Assembly: GCA_043823065.1 (NCBI GenBank)
Contig: JBDRBB010000008.1
Coordinates: 639-64,638 of the forward strand
Length of the DNA stretch: 64,000 nt
Direction: 5' to 3'
Source of the DNA: Pseudomonadota bacterium
GTDB lineage: Bacteria > UBA10199 > 2-02-FULL-44-16 > DYJF01
Each line of letters opens with the position of its first letter. The stretch's first letter is position 1. Positions 36,401 to 45,291 of the stretch are shown here, piece by piece. The notes below the pieces were generated by a model, which was given only the letters and a program-made list of their open reading frames with translations, was not told the origin of the DNA and did no database searches. The translations under genes and the position numbers were made by a program.

Positions 36401-38478
36401 TGCTCAGAGCATATATTGAATTAGCCAATATCTATCGGCTGCAAAAAAAATATAAAAAAGCCCAATATTTTTTAAATGAAGCCCAAAACTATTCTGGTTT
36501 AGCTGTATTTAAGACCCAATTATTTTGGTTTAAAAAAATAGAGTTAGAACTGGCCAGAGATAAAAATGACCAGACCAGGGTCGAGCAAATTTTAGCTGAA
36601 TTAAAAAATTTAGCAGATTCTGATCAAGAGAAAAAAATCTATGAAGAACTATCATATGTGCCTTCTGCCGAGCCTGAAGTTCAAAAGGGAGGCGAGAGTA
36701 AAGAAGCAAGTGCTTATGAATATATTTTAGAGATCAATAAATTTTTAGGCACAGAGGATGATTTGGATTTTGTGCTAAAAAGTATTTTGAAATATGCCTT
36801 GGAACTTGCCCAAGCCGAAGCTGGTTTAATTCTTTTGAAAAATCAAGAAGAGGAATTAGAGGTTAAGGCCAGGGTTAATATTAAGCTTGATCAAAAGATA
36901 TCAGAAATAAGCACCAATATTGCGCGTTCATGTCTGGAACAAGATCGGGTCATTGTTACCCAAAATGCTATTACTGATGATCGTTTTAAGAAAATGGAGT
37001 CTGTGGTGCTTTTGGGTTTGAAATCAGTTTTGTGTGTGCCAATTCATATTAGAAAAAAACCAGCGGGAGTATTGTATTTGGAAAATAGATCAAAGATTGC
37101 TGCTTTTGTTAAAGTTAATGAAGAGATTTTGCGCGCGTTTGCTGATCAAGCAGGTATTGCTATTGAGAATGCCAAGCTTTTGGAAAGTTATCAATCTGAA
37201 GAAAAACTAATTAGGGAACAATTGGCCCAATCCCAGGCAAAGCTGGAAGAACTTGACGAACAGGTAAAATTGCAAGTTTCTGAGCTGCAGGCCAGGTATC
37301 AGTTTGACCGGTTAGCGTCAATTTCGCCAAAAATGAAAGATATCTTTGAATTGCTGGAAAAAATTTCAGACACAGCCCTTTCAGTTTGTTTAACTGGCGA
37401 ATCAGGAACTGGCAAAGAATTGGTGGCCAAGGCCATTCATTATAATAGCAGTCAGGCTAAGGGGCCATTTGTAGCAGTTAATTGCACAGCAATTCCTGCC
37501 ACTTTAATTGAAAGTGAATTATTTGGTTACAAAGCCGGGGCTTTTACTGGAGCAACTAAAGATAAAAAAGGTTTGTTTGAAGCAGCAGATAAGGGAACTT
37601 TATTTTTAGATGAAATTGCTGATCTAGATCCTTTTTTGCAGGCCAAATTACTCAGAGCAATTCAAGAACATGAGATTAGAAGGGTTGGTGATACCAAGCC
37701 CATTAAATGCAAAGTGCGGATTTTGTGCGCCACTAATAAAAATCTGGAAAAGTTAGTTGAAGAACAAAAATTTCGCCAAGATCTTTATTATCGTTTAGCA
37801 GAGATTAAAGTGGAATTGGTGCCTTTGCGTCAGAGAATAGAAGATATACCATTTTTAATTGATGAATTTGTGGTCAAATATGCGCAGGAGCATAATTTTA
37901 AAACTCAGCCAAAAGTTGACCCAGGTTTTGTCAAAGCTTGTCTGGAATATGCCTGGCCAGGAAATATCAGAGAGCTGGAAAATGCGGTAAGAGTGGCTAC
38001 AGCTTTAAGCGGACAAAAAAAAATAAGTCTGGAAAACTTGCCAGAAAATCATTTTTTACGACAAGCTGCAGGGCACACTAAATTAATAAAACAAGAGCAA
38101 ATAGCTAGAGCTGATTTGCCTTTGATTGACAGTTATAATCACCATGACCCAACTAGGACCTGGAAGGAATATGAAGACATAATTATTGCTGCTGCCTTTA
38201 AGCAAAGTAACTTTGGAGTTAAGCAGACTGCTAAAGTTTTAGGTTTGGCTGTGCCCACAATTTATAAAAAAATAAATGAATTAAATCTAAAAGATGAAGC
38301 AAATTCTTTGTATGCTGCTGATTTTCAATATGATGAAAATTATAGTTTGGATGACTATGTGCTAGCTATATTTAAGGCAACCTGGGAATATGTGGAGCAT
38401 CATCCTTACCAGGCTGCTAAACAACTGGGCATTTCCCATGGGTATTTTTATAAGATACTCAAACAGATTAGAAATTAA
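33463..38478 (+). CDS. Ser/Thr kinase-P-loop ATPase-TPR-GAF-sigma54 activator multidomain protein
   Basis: GSGAMG, HADIKSTN, DFG, YMAPE; GEAGTGKK, TQGNPLFITE; TPRs; GAF (SVLCVPI..GVLYLEN); GESGTGKE, GAFTGA, WPGNIREL; two HTH-like ends. Confidence 0.92.
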   Translation: MDNELPQNIAGRWQVVKELGSGAMGQVLLAKAEDGIPVAIKLMTMTLTKDQKQRVERFKSEFSILKELSHPGINKVYDFGYDEPTQHYYFTSEYIAGDPFLKATELLNVDEIEELFVEILRSLEYLHSHGIMHADIKSTNILVEANPQENSRIKLIDFGLAALGTFDKVVGTPSYMAPEVILRNKPDNRADLYSLGVLIYTAITRYNPFKARQLNEMFERQINVVPEPPSFYEPTVPKYLDDIIMKLLKKVPGERFSSAAHVIRALAYGSGKSYPVETQETFLGYLPTKGNIVGRKKELASIKEHCLAIKDLKPQTPAGLCLMGEAGTGKKRLLTELKYFAQLNELEVVELKVLDEKILAGFNEELKLLMKEPPKRSYIIVVGVLGWLATHKAGRQTIEQLRKLINWLGFVRALSPVKDVSRVLLAFSANQDELNLFSYMLDLPENELNIVELKNFDQQETKEYLTVLTGVEEVPQELVAELYKRTQGNPLFITEVMKELVKQGMLFDKIGRWNKEAIEDIGISFAKLKVPQTLTQMLVSAYAATLPAEKEILEALAVWNRPVSAEELKAIASSEKIFEVLSSLVKTNTVFFDNINGAYYFQNDLLKDVVYENISKEKKADLHQLITSFLKTHQPENFSEINWHLGRCAEDQEAVDALIRLGLHYLKNYKVLDSITNFSEALARGQVADYRLNEILLHLGEAYTQARRYVQAIEVYQKLLDKLKSQGDEESLEVIETWQKLGVVYLRYGDLGHSKEILGKAQKALEKISGKLPLKLKVSNHLARLAFLEGKLDLAANIYKENKDRWKVLSPDEKKQVLNNDLAHVYLRMNKFDLAEKELNADIKYLESIKEDKELERAYYGIAELYREKGDLDQAILYFEKAISLAKNIYDSELLLYTYNGLGNAYNAKGEQAKSLYWYERGLDLAARTGEDSNAAAISVNIGLIKETQNDLEQAAHHFDSAIRIINRVEKKTSFELGYLLRAYIELANIYRLQKKYKKAQYFLNEAQNYSGLAVFKTQLFWFKKIELELARDKNDQTRVEQILAELKNLADSDQEKKIYEELSYVPSAEPEVQKGGESKEASAYEYILEINKFLGTEDDLDFVLKSILKYALELAQAEAGLILLKNQEEELEVKARVNIKLDQKISEISTNIARSCLEQDRVIVTQNAITDDRFKKMESVVLLGLKSVLCVPIHIRKKPAGVLYLENRSKIAAFVKVNEEILRAFADQAGIAIENAKLLESYQSEEKLIREQLAQSQAKLEELDEQVKLQVSELQARYQFDRLASISPKMKDIFELLEKISDTALSVCLTGESGTGKELVAKAIHYNSSQAKGPFVAVNCTAIPATLIESELFGYKAGAFTGATKDKKGLFEAADKGTLFLDEIADLDPFLQAKLLRAIQEHEIRRVGDTKPIKCKVRILCATNKNLEKLVEEQKFRQDLYYRLAEIKVELVPLRQRIEDIPFLIDEFVVKYAQEHNFKTQPKVDPGFVKACLEYAWPGNIRELENAVRVATALSGQKKISLENLPENHFLRQAAGHTKLIKQEQIARADLPLIDSYNHHDPTRTWKEYEDIIIAAAFKQSNFGVKQTAKVLGLAVPTIYKKINELNLKDEANSLYAADFQYDENYSLDDYVLAIFKATWEYVEHHPYQAAKQLGISHGYFYKILKQIRN

Positions 38479-38590
38479 GATAGCTCTCGACCAGGTCTTC
38501 TCACCTCCCTCAGGCTTTTACGAAACTATTAGAGGCTTGAGAGTTGTCGGTCCGGATTCGCAGACCTGCTCTACGCCATCTTAATTTCTA
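38469..38590. repeat. Multi-branch palindromic element overlapping the upstream stop codon
   Basis: TAGAAATTAAGATAGC...CAGGTCT / AGACCTG...GCCATCTTAATTTCTA; inner CTCAGGCTTTTA/TAGAGGCTTGAG. Confidence 0.7.
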
Positions 38591-38595
38591 GCATT

Positions 38596-38985
38596 GTGGA
38601 GAATAATATGAAAGACACGGAATTTAGACAAATAGTAGAAGAAGGTATTAGAAGGTTGCCGCCTGAGTTTCAGGAACATTTAGATAATGTGGAAATAATT
38701 GTGGCTGATTATCCAAGCTCCATTCAGCAATCCAAGATGCAGCAAAAGTATCATTCAAGTCGAGCTTTTGTTTTGTTGGGTTTATACGAAGGCGTGCCTC
38801 ATGGTAAAAATAGCGTGTTTTCCACACCATCTTTGCCAGCCCGGATTACTTTGTTTCGCAAAAGCATTGAACAAATTTGTTCCACTCGCGAAGATATGAT
38901 CGAACAAATAAATCGCACCTTGCTTCACGAAATCGGCCATCATTTTGGGATGAGCGATAAAGAACTGCGGACATTGGGATTTTAG
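38596..38985 (+). CDS. Zincin-like metallopeptidase (DUF1025 family)
   Basis: LLGLYEGVP, PARITLFR, HEIGHHFG; start may be ATG 38608. Confidence 0.9.
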   Translation: MENNMKDTEFRQIVEEGIRRLPPEFQEHLDNVEIIVADYPSSIQQSKMQQKYHSSRAFVLLGLYEGVPHGKNSVFSTPSLPARITLFRKSIEQICSTREDMIEQINRTLLHEIGHHFGMSDKELRTLGF

Positions 38986-38992
38986 ACAAGAC

Positions 38993-39691
38993 TCACTTAG
39001 GAAATGTCCATAAATAGGCATCTTCAGCCAGGCCTTCTTTAAGGGCTTTGTCTCGTAAATTTTGAGCTGCGTTTTGGCTTAAATTAGCGCCAATGACTAC
39101 TGTATAAAAAGGATTGTCGCCATAAGGAGCATAGACTTCTGCCTGAAAATCATCATAAGCTCGGTTGATAAGTTTAGCCTGACGCTGGGCATTATTTTCA
39201 TGGCGATAAGAACCAACAATTACAAACCAAGTATTTGCAGGTTCAGCGCCAATTAAACCGCGAAAAAATTGTTGAGTTTGGGTTTCAGGAGGTATTTGAA
39301 ATTTTTTTACAGTTTGCAGTTCTTCAGGTTGAGTTGTTTCTTGGGCCAGGGCGTCATTAATAAAAAATATTTTGGCTGAAGGAGGAACAATTTCTGCAGG
39401 ATTAAAATCAGCTTGTTTAATATTGCCAGCATTGATCATGGCTGTAATTAAGGCAGGAGCAATTATGCCTAGCTCAAATATTTTTTTCTTGTTGGTTTCA
39501 GTATGCAAGGCAGCCCAAAAACCGCCAATGCTGAAAAATACCAAAAAGCGAATGGAATAACCCAATCCTACATAAAAAGTTAAGTTGGTAAGCACAGTTT
39601 GATAATCAACAATCAAAAGATTCATGATTAGAGGAATTGCTCCACCAACTCCGCCAATAAAAAATTTTTGCCAGGTTTTTAGTGTTGTCAT
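38993..39691 (-). CDS. Membrane protein with C-terminal SPOR-like domain
   Basis: Three N-terminal TMs; WFVIVGSY..NNA...YTVVIG...AQNL SPOR pattern. Confidence 0.65.
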   Translation of the reverse strand: MTTLKTWQKFFIGGVGGAIPLIMNLLIVDYQTVLTNLTFYVGLGYSIRFLVFFSIGGFWAALHTETNKKKIFELGIIAPALITAMINAGNIKQADFNPAEIVPPSAKIFFINDALAQETTQPEELQTVKKFQIPPETQTQQFFRGLIGAEPANTWFVIVGSYRHENNAQRQAKLINRAYDDFQAEVYAPYGDNPFYTVVIGANLSQNAAQNLRDKALKEGLAEDAYLWTFPK

Positions 39692-40599
39692 TTTGTCCCC
39701 CGGAATCTAATCGTATACTTTTTTTCCATACGTATTGGATTATAGGATTCTTTGGCTTTGCGTAAGCCAGGAATTCCTAAATCTTGTTCTCGGTTTATCC
39801 ATGTGTACTTTGGATCTATGGTTTGCGCAAAGCGTTGATTTATAAACTGGTAAATTCCGCGGTAATGATAATTGCCTTTTTCTACATGAATGGTAAAAGT
39901 ATTTTTATTTAAGGGTTCGCCCATAGTTAGACCAATAATTTTCCCTTTGTAGCGTACAACTGCTCCAGTGAGTTTAAGCACTTCAAAATGGGTAAGCATT
40001 TGATAAATTGAACAAGTTTCTTTGGAAAGGGTGGGATTTTTTTCACACTCCCTGCTTAAACACCAGTCATGTTCAAATTTTAGGGCTTCAGCAACATTTT
40101 CTGTGGTTAAAGGTTCAAAATAAGCATCATATTTTTTTTCAAATTGATTTAAGAGATTTTTTTTGTTGTGAAAACGGCGACCAGCTAAATTCACTAAATC
40201 ATCTCTAGTATAAACATAATCAAAATGATCTCGTTCCTGGTCAATTTCAAGATCTTTGCTGTGCTTGGTTATCTTATCGATCATTTTTTCATCAGCACAG
40301 TGAAAATGATCTGCAACTTTGGCTTGTTTAGATTCTTTTAGAATATTAAAAATATCCTGGTGATTCCACTTGCCAACAGGTGGATATAGGCCTCCTAATC
40401 CACAAGCTTTGGTTAAAATTAAAACAGTTCCATTATATTTACAGACCTGAAAATCATACTCATGGGTCCAAGTGAATAAGTTGGTGAAAGTATATTCTGA
40501 GATTAAAGGAGGATAATTATGAAATAACTCATAAAAAAAAGGAGCATCTCCAATACTAATCGGTCTAAATTTAGGAAATTTAGGAATTTCTTTGCTCAT
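39688..40599 (-). CDS. DUF2156 GNAT-like (aminoacyl-phosphatidylglycerol synthase-like) protein
   Basis: SEYTFTNLF, DYVY, IHVEKG, WINREQDLGIPGLRKAKESYNP. Confidence 0.88.
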   Translation of the reverse strand: MSKEIPKFPKFRPISIGDAPFFYELFHNYPPLISEYTFTNLFTWTHEYDFQVCKYNGTVLILTKACGLGGLYPPVGKWNHQDIFNILKESKQAKVADHFHCADEKMIDKITKHSKDLEIDQERDHFDYVYTRDDLVNLAGRRFHNKKNLLNQFEKKYDAYFEPLTTENVAEALKFEHDWCLSRECEKNPTLSKETCSIYQMLTHFEVLKLTGAVVRYKGKIIGLTMGEPLNKNTFTIHVEKGNYHYRGIYQFINQRFAQTIDPKYTWINREQDLGIPGLRKAKESYNPIRMEKKYTIRFRGTK

Positions 40600-40732
40600 C
40601 TTATAATTGCCAAAAAAATGTCACATCTATATCTTTTGACTCTATTTCATACCCATTTGTAAATACACACCTTTTTCTAATAAATTTTATTAATTATTTC
40701 AACTGGTTATATATACAAAAAAACAAGGCTCC

Positions 40733-40748
40733 TGGCACGTGTTTTGCT
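40733..40748 (+). promoter_or_regulatory. Sigma54 -24/-12 promoter
   Basis: Consensus TGGCAC-GTGTT-TTGCT; IHF-like TTTCAACTGGTTA about 25-35 bp upstream. Confidence 0.8.
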
Positions 40749-40783
40749 ATTTTAAATGGTGGTTAATAAATAGGGGGACTTAA

Positions 40784-41281
40784 ATGAAGAAATCTAATAA
40801 GCGGCACTTTATAGAGCAGTTAAAAAAACAAATTGAAGACTTAGGGGCCTTAAAAACAGGGGAGATTCATGTTATTACTGTAAATGCTAACTATGGTAGA
40901 TATAAATTAGTGGTTGGTCCAATTAAGGATCAGCAAAATTATCCCATAGAGATTGATGGAGAAATTCATCATTTATTTGTCTCGCCCAAAGCCATAACAC
41001 CCAATCCTTCTAAAAAAGAAGTTCAGGAAAATTTAAAACATTCAGTTATTATGAAGGATCTAGAGGTGCACCTTAATGATCCAAATGGAGATGGGCACAG
41101 TTTGAGACATTCAAGATGTAAAGTAGAGCCCAAAGAATACATCAATTTTGCAGGCCAAGCTGGCAAGGAAATGCTCAATAGCATTAATTCTCATGGTCGG
41201 CTTTCCAATGCTGCTTATCGCATAATTCAAGATGATATTATTCGGTCCATGAAAAAACGTCGGTCACGTCCAAATGCTTAA
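40784..41281 (+). CDS. Hypothetical protein
   Basis: 165 aa with AGGGGG SD, downstream of a sigma54 promoter. Confidence 0.8.
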   Translation: MKKSNKRHFIEQLKKQIEDLGALKTGEIHVITVNANYGRYKLVVGPIKDQQNYPIEIDGEIHHLFVSPKAITPNPSKKEVQENLKHSVIMKDLEVHLNDPNGDGHSLRHSRCKVEPKEYINFAGQAGKEMLNSINSHGRLSNAAYRIIQDDIIRSMKKRRSRPNA

Positions 41282-41362
41282 TTTTTGGACACAGGTGTAG
41301 TAAAATAAAGCACCTGAAAAAAATCATCCGCGGCAAATTAGCATAAAATCATATTTTTGATT

Positions 41363-41378
41363 TGGCATAAAAATAGCA
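41363..41378 (+). promoter_or_regulatory. Possible sigma54 promoter of comM
   Basis: TGGCAT-AAAAA-TAGCA, 13 bp before ATG 41392. Confidence 0.4.
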
Positions 41379-41391
41379 TTGGTATTTTTGT

Positions 41392-42915
41392 ATGTTGAGC
41401 AAAGTTCAAGCTGCAGGTTTAACCGGCATAGATGCCTATCTGGTAAAAGTTGAAATAGATATACCCAGTTGCGGTCTGCCTGGCTGGAACATGGTTGGTC
41501 TGTTGGAAACTGCGGTTAAAGAAGCCAAAGAGCGGGTGGCCGCAGCAATTAGAAATTCTGGCTATCAAATTGTTAATCGTAAAACCATTATCAACTTGGC
41601 GCCTGGACACATTAAAAAAAGTGGGGTGCATTTTGATTTGCCAATTGCTGTTGGTTTATTGGCAGCTTGGCAAATTATTAGGCAAGATTTGTTAAAACAA
41701 TATTTATGTATAGGCGAATTGTCTTTAAGCGGCAAGGTGTTGCCAATAAATGGTGTTTTGCTGGCAGCTACTCTGGCCAAACAAAAAGGGTTCAAGGGAA
41801 TTGTTGTGCCAGCAGAAAATTTTGCGGAAGCTAGTTTAGTAGATGGATTAGAGGTAATTGGTGTTAATAGCTTAAAGCAAACTTCAGACTTTTTTAATAA
41901 TCAGGAAAAACCCAGCCAGAATCATCAACCTTTGCCGTTAATTGCAGATATAGCCAAACCAGATTTTGCTGAAGTGCGTGGTCAGGAATTTGCCAAGCGT
42001 GGTCTAGAAATTGCTGCTGCTGGCGGACATAATATTTTATTAATTGGCCCACCAGGCACTGGCAAAACAATGTTGGCTGAAAGACTTCCTTCAATATTGC
42101 CGCCACTATCTTCAACTGAAAGGCTGGAAACCTTAAAAATATATAGCGCTTATGGATTGCTGAATGAAAATTTTTCCTTGGGTTTTGGGCGTCCCTTTCG
42201 TGCGCCTCACCATTCTGCTTCTTATGCAGGTTTAATAGGAGGCGGAAATAGAACCGCCCATTTGGGCGAAATTTCCTTGGCCCATAATGGAGTGCTATTT
42301 TTAGATGAAATGCCGGAATTTAAAAGAGATGTGCTAGAAGTTTTGCGCCAACCTTTGGAATCTGGTTTGGTAAGGATTGTGCGCTTAGGATGCAGTGTTG
42401 CCTATCCAGCCAGTTTTATGCTGGTTGCTGCTATGAATCCTTGCCAATGTGGTTATTATGGTGATCCAAGAAAACCCTGCATTTGTACGGTGCCGCAAAT
42501 TCGCAAATATCGAAATAAAATTTCTGGGCCACTTTTAGATCGGATTGATTTACATATAAATGTGGCCAGGCCAACTCATGAAGAACTTTTAGAAACAATG
42601 CAGGCTGAGTCATCAGAAAAAATTCGTGAACGCGTGTTTCAGGCCAGGCAAAGACAGGCCAGCAAGTATGCAGGAAAAATTAGCTGCAATGCAGCGCTTA
42701 AGGCAAAACAAATTCAACAATATTGTGTGCTCAATAAAGATAGTAAAAATTTTTTGAAACAAGCTTCGGAAAAAATGTTTTTATCTGCCAGATCTTTGCA
42801 CCGCACCTTAAAAGTAGCAGCCACCATTGCTGATTTGGAGGCAAGCGCTGAGATTTTAGTTTCCCATATAGCAGAAGCTTTGCAGTTTAGAAGCTTCGAA
42901 CGCCTTATAATATGA
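41392..42915 (+). CDS. comM: ComM/YifB Mg-chelatase-like AAA ATPase
   Basis: INLAPG..K.G..FDLPIA, GPPGTGKTM, RPFRAPHH, GEISLAHNGVLFLDE, MNPCQCG. Confidence 0.95.
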   Translation: MLSKVQAAGLTGIDAYLVKVEIDIPSCGLPGWNMVGLLETAVKEAKERVAAAIRNSGYQIVNRKTIINLAPGHIKKSGVHFDLPIAVGLLAAWQIIRQDLLKQYLCIGELSLSGKVLPINGVLLAATLAKQKGFKGIVVPAENFAEASLVDGLEVIGVNSLKQTSDFFNNQEKPSQNHQPLPLIADIAKPDFAEVRGQEFAKRGLEIAAAGGHNILLIGPPGTGKTMLAERLPSILPPLSSTERLETLKIYSAYGLLNENFSLGFGRPFRAPHHSASYAGLIGGGNRTAHLGEISLAHNGVLFLDEMPEFKRDVLEVLRQPLESGLVRIVRLGCSVAYPASFMLVAAMNPCQCGYYGDPRKPCICTVPQIRKYRNKISGPLLDRIDLHINVARPTHEELLETMQAESSEKIRERVFQARQRQASKYAGKISCNAALKAKQIQQYCVLNKDSKNFLKQASEKMFLSARSLHRTLKVAATIADLEASAEILVSHIAEALQFRSFERLII

Positions 42916-43010
42916 TAATCAAGCAAGATTGTTTTATGCACATTTATATTGACCTCCTAGCTTAATGTTGTAAGTGTTCTCTAAATTTAAATCTCTAAAA
43001 GGAGGAAAAA

Positions 43011-43832
43011 ATGTCTGATCTTATTCCCAATCTTAATTTGCCCAAAAATATTAAGTATATCGGTATTGCGGTTGTTGTTGGCTTAATTTTATTAGCCAAA
43101 TCTGTGGTGGTAATTCCTGCTGGTCATGTGGGCGTTATTTCGCTTTTTGGCAATGTCTATGATAAACCAATCAGTGCTGGAATTCATGTAGTTAATCCTT
43201 TGGTCAAGATTGAAAAAATGAGCGTTAGAACTCAGCAGATCACAGAAGATGCGCAGGTTCCTTCTAAAGAAGGTTTAATTGTCAATCTAGATCTATCAGT
43301 GTTGATGAGTTTGGAAGCAAACAGAGCTCCAGAAGTATATAGAACCATTGGCACTAATTATATTAATGTAATTGTCGTGCCTCAGTTGCGTTCAGTGGTT
43401 AGAGGAGTAACTGCTGGTTATGAAGCCAAGGCTTTATACACTGCGGAAAGAGAAATGTTAGCTACCCAAATGTATGAACAACTAAAGCCTATGGTGGAGC
43501 AAAGAGGCGTGCACTTAGAAACGGTTTTGCTGCGTTCAGTTAAGTTGCCAGAAATTCTTTCCATTGCTATTGAAAAGAAACTAGAAGCAGAACAACAACA
43601 AGAACAAATGAAGTTTGTTTTAGGAAAAGAGCTTAAAGAAGCAGAGCGTAAAAAAATTGAAGCTAAAGGCATTAGCGATTACAACTTGGAAGTTGGCCGG
43701 AGTCTAACTGAGAATGTTTTGAAATTGCGCGGCATTGAAGCTACTAGACAATTGGCAGAAAGCGATAATTCTAAAGTAGTAGTGGTTGGTAGTGGTAAAG
43801 AAGGTTTGCCAATTATCCTGGGCAATCAATAA
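43011..43832 (+). CDS. Prohibitin/SPFH-domain protein
   Basis: N-terminal TM, GHVGV, SPFH domain, AIEKK..AEQ coiled coil. Confidence 0.92.
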   Translation: MSDLIPNLNLPKNIKYIGIAVVVGLILLAKSVVVIPAGHVGVISLFGNVYDKPISAGIHVVNPLVKIEKMSVRTQQITEDAQVPSKEGLIVNLDLSVLMSLEANRAPEVYRTIGTNYINVIVVPQLRSVVRGVTAGYEAKALYTAEREMLATQMYEQLKPMVEQRGVHLETVLLRSVKLPEILSIAIEKKLEAEQQQEQMKFVLGKELKEAERKKIEAKGISDYNLEVGRSLTENVLKLRGIEATRQLAESDNSKVVVVGSGKEGLPIILGNQ

Positions 43833-43847
43833 ATAAGGAGTGAGCTT

Positions 43848-44546
43848 ATGCAAACAAATGCTATTACTAGGCAGGGTACAGTTGAACTGGCTCAGCAACG
43901 TTTTGTGGCCAAGGTCTATTGGTGGATGTGTATAGCTTTGCTCACTACAGGTTTTGTTTCCTATTATGTAGCTGCTAATCCCTCGCTTATTGCCACCATT
44001 TTTGGCAATAGTATGTTGTTTATAGTTTTGGTTATTGCCCAATTTGGTTTGGTGATCGCGCTTTCAGCAGCCATTAACCGTTTGTCAGCAATGACTGCCA
44101 CTGCGTTATTTTTCTTATATTCAGCGCTCACAGGTTTGACTTTGTCTGTGATCTTTATTGCTTATACCCAAGAATCTTTGGTAACCACTTTCTTGGTTAC
44201 AGCTGGCACTTTTGGAGTTACTGCTTTTTATGGATATGTAACTAAAAAAGACCTTACCCAAATTGGCAGCCTGGCCTTTATGGGGCTAATTGGTATTATC
44301 ATTGCTTCCATTGTGAATTGGTTTTTTCAAAGTACCTTTTTAAATACCATTGTTACCTATATCGGAGTATTGGTATTTGTGGGCTTAACTGCTTATGATA
44401 CCCAAAAAATAAAACAGATGGGCCCTATGTTTCAAAGTGGCAGTGAGCAGGAACAAAAAGGGGCAATTTTAGGGGCCTTAAGATTGTATCTGGATTTCAT
44501 TAATTTATTTTTGATGTTGCTTAGAATATTCGGTCGTCGGCGGTAG
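43848..44546 (+). CDS. Bax inhibitor-1/YccA family membrane protein
   Basis: Seven TMs, TAYDTQKIK, GALRLYLDFINLFL. Confidence 0.95.
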   Translation: MQTNAITRQGTVELAQQRFVAKVYWWMCIALLTTGFVSYYVAANPSLIATIFGNSMLFIVLVIAQFGLVIALSAAINRLSAMTATALFFLYSALTGLTLSVIFIAYTQESLVTTFLVTAGTFGVTAFYGYVTKKDLTQIGSLAFMGLIGIIIASIVNWFFQSTFLNTIVTYIGVLVFVGLTAYDTQKIKQMGPMFQSGSEQEQKGAILGALRLYLDFINLFLMLLRIFGRRR

Positions 44547-44620
44547 AAGATCATTTGCGATGACAAAAAGGAGGCAACTTTTTCAACATATAACCGATAT
44601 AGAGCTTGAATGGAGGAACA

Positions 44621-45253
44621 ATGCAGGCTTTGGTTATAGGCATTGCTGGGGGATCAGGATCAGGCAAAAGCACTATTGCCCAAAAAATTAAGGAAAAAGT
44701 TGGCTTAGAACGTATTTGCTACATTGAGATGGATAGCTATTATCATACGTTATCCCACCTGTCAGTTGATCAAAGAGCTCAGCATAATTTTGATCATCCT
44801 TCAGCATACGATATTGAGCTGTTTATTGAGCATATCAGGAAATTGAAACAAGGTTTCCAAATTGAAAAACCCCATTATGATTTTGTTAATCATACCAGAA
44901 AAGCAGATGTGTCAGTGGTAAGGCCACAGCCGGTGGTTATTGTGGAAGGTATTTTGCTTTATGAAAATCCAGAGCTAAGAGAGCTCATTGATATTAAAGC
45001 CTATGTAGAAACCCCAGACGATATCAGGTTTATCAGGCGTTTGCTGCGTGATATTGAAGAGCGTGGTCGCACCCCTCAATCAGTTGTGGATCAATATTAT
45101 AAAACTGTGCGACCAATGCATGAAACTTTTGCTGGACCCACCCGGGAGTGGGCTGATATGATCATCCCTTGGCATGATTATAATGAAGTAGCCATTGAAA
45201 TGGTTATTCATCGCATTGAAGCTTGCCTTAGGCAGAAAAAACAGTCAGCTTAA
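44621..45253 (+). CDS. udk: Uridine kinase
   Basis: GIAGGSGSGKST, NFDHP, IVEGIL, RRLLRDIEERGR; GGAGG SD before ATG 44621. Confidence 0.95.
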   Translation: MQALVIGIAGGSGSGKSTIAQKIKEKVGLERICYIEMDSYYHTLSHLSVDQRAQHNFDHPSAYDIELFIEHIRKLKQGFQIEKPHYDFVNHTRKADVSVVRPQPVVIVEGILLYENPELRELIDIKAYVETPDDIRFIRRLLRDIEERGRTPQSVVDQYYKTVRPMHETFAGPTREWADMIIPWHDYNEVAIEMVIHRIEACLRQKKQSA

Positions 45254-45291
45254 ATCTTCGGTAATTAACAATATTAACAAGGAGGAAGAAA

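Noticed and set aside
38479-38590. SAM-type riboswitch or tRNA
   Set aside because: Conserved aptamer and tRNA motifs are absent; the structure is explained by nested inverted repeats
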